This document shows, one piece after another, positions 27,969-28,387 of a stretch of DNA of 28,387 nucleotides. The stretch spans positions 1 to 28,387 of the IMG/VR virus record IMGVR_UViG_3300047562_000517. One strand, given 5' to 3'. The stretch comes from a virus. Lineage: Duplodnaviria > Caudoviricetes. Within the stretch, counting starts at the first letter, position 1. Each line of letters starts with the position of its first letter. The notes beneath the pieces are model-generated. The model had not been told where the DNA came from and searched no databases. It worked only from the letters and a program-made list of their open reading frames with translations. The translations under genes and the position numbers were made by a program.

Positions 27969-28387
27969 ATGAATAAAATTAGCAAACATATAAGCTTACG
28001 TGAAGCAACTGAATCTTACACAGCAAAAAGAAAAGGCATAGAAAATATACCAAGCGAATATCAACTTACCAATATGGTTGGTGTGGCTGAAAATATATTT
28101 GAACCACTGCGAAAATGGGTTGGTGGCCCTATAAAAATTAATTCATTTTTTAGAAGTGAAGAACTTAATAAAGCTATAGGGGGAAGTAAAACCTCGCAAC
28201 ATTGCCAAGGTAGAGCGATGGATATTGATGACGTATACGGCTATAAAACAAATGCTGAAATGTACAACTACATTAAAAACAATTTAGATTTTGATCAACT
28301 TATATGGGAATTTGGAACTGATGATAATCCAGATTGGGTGCATGTAAGCTATGTGTCCCCAGATGAAAATCGTATGCGATGTTTAAA
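27969..28387 (+). CDS. Peptidase M15 family endolysin (3'-truncated; not in ORF track)
   Basis: My translation MNKISKHISLREATES...INSFFRSEELNKAIGGSKTSQHCQGRAMDID...FDQLIWEF...WVHVSY has the SxH, AxD and WxHxS zinc-ligand motifs of M15A peptidases. Runs off the window. Confidence 0.88.
   Translation, partial: MNKISKHISLREATESYTAKRKGIENIPSEYQLTNMVGVAENIFEPLRKWVGGPIKINSFFRSEELNKAIGGSKTSQHCQGRAMDIDDVYGYKTNAEMYNYIKNNLDFDQLIWEFGTDDNPDWVHVSYVSPDENRMRCL

Noticed and set aside
1-28387. Stop-codon reassignment (TAG or TGA) as in some gut crAss-like phages
   Set aside because: Genes are full length under the standard code, and TGA (2080, 4499), TAG (7213, 14229) and TAA all end genes at sensible boundaries.

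Overview
The window is a single + strand, AT-rich virion morphogenesis region of a crAss-like (Crassvirales-related) podophage, most likely infecting Bacteroidota/Flavobacteriia. Gene order: large terminase (5'-truncated), portal, acidic scaffold-like protein, major capsid protein, a conserved 273-aa virion protein, two tail ring proteins, a 1479-aa tail stabilisation/muzzle protein, an Ig/cadherin-domain tail protein, a 110-aa tail protein, two probable ejection proteins, a 2589-aa giant ejection protein, and the start of a lysis cassette. That cassette includes a holin-like ORF and an M15 peptidase, both missed by the ORF track. The most interesting object is the giant gene (19427-27196). 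(i) Codons 59-60 sit on an in-phase G GGA AAG slippery site followed 5 nt later by a well-formed H-type pseudoknot, predicting a -1 frameshift product of 100 aa with a Cys-rich tail. (ii) I find no RNA-polymerase DxDxD motif, which crAss-like phages usually carry in this position. Instead it holds an HExxH zincin, a sigma-70 region-2-like segment and a possible ADP-ribosyltransferase domain, separated by three copies of an SRAQ[IL] motif. This suggests an injected, self-processing host-takeover polyprotein. All family assignments are from motif recognition and synteny by eye; no searches were run.
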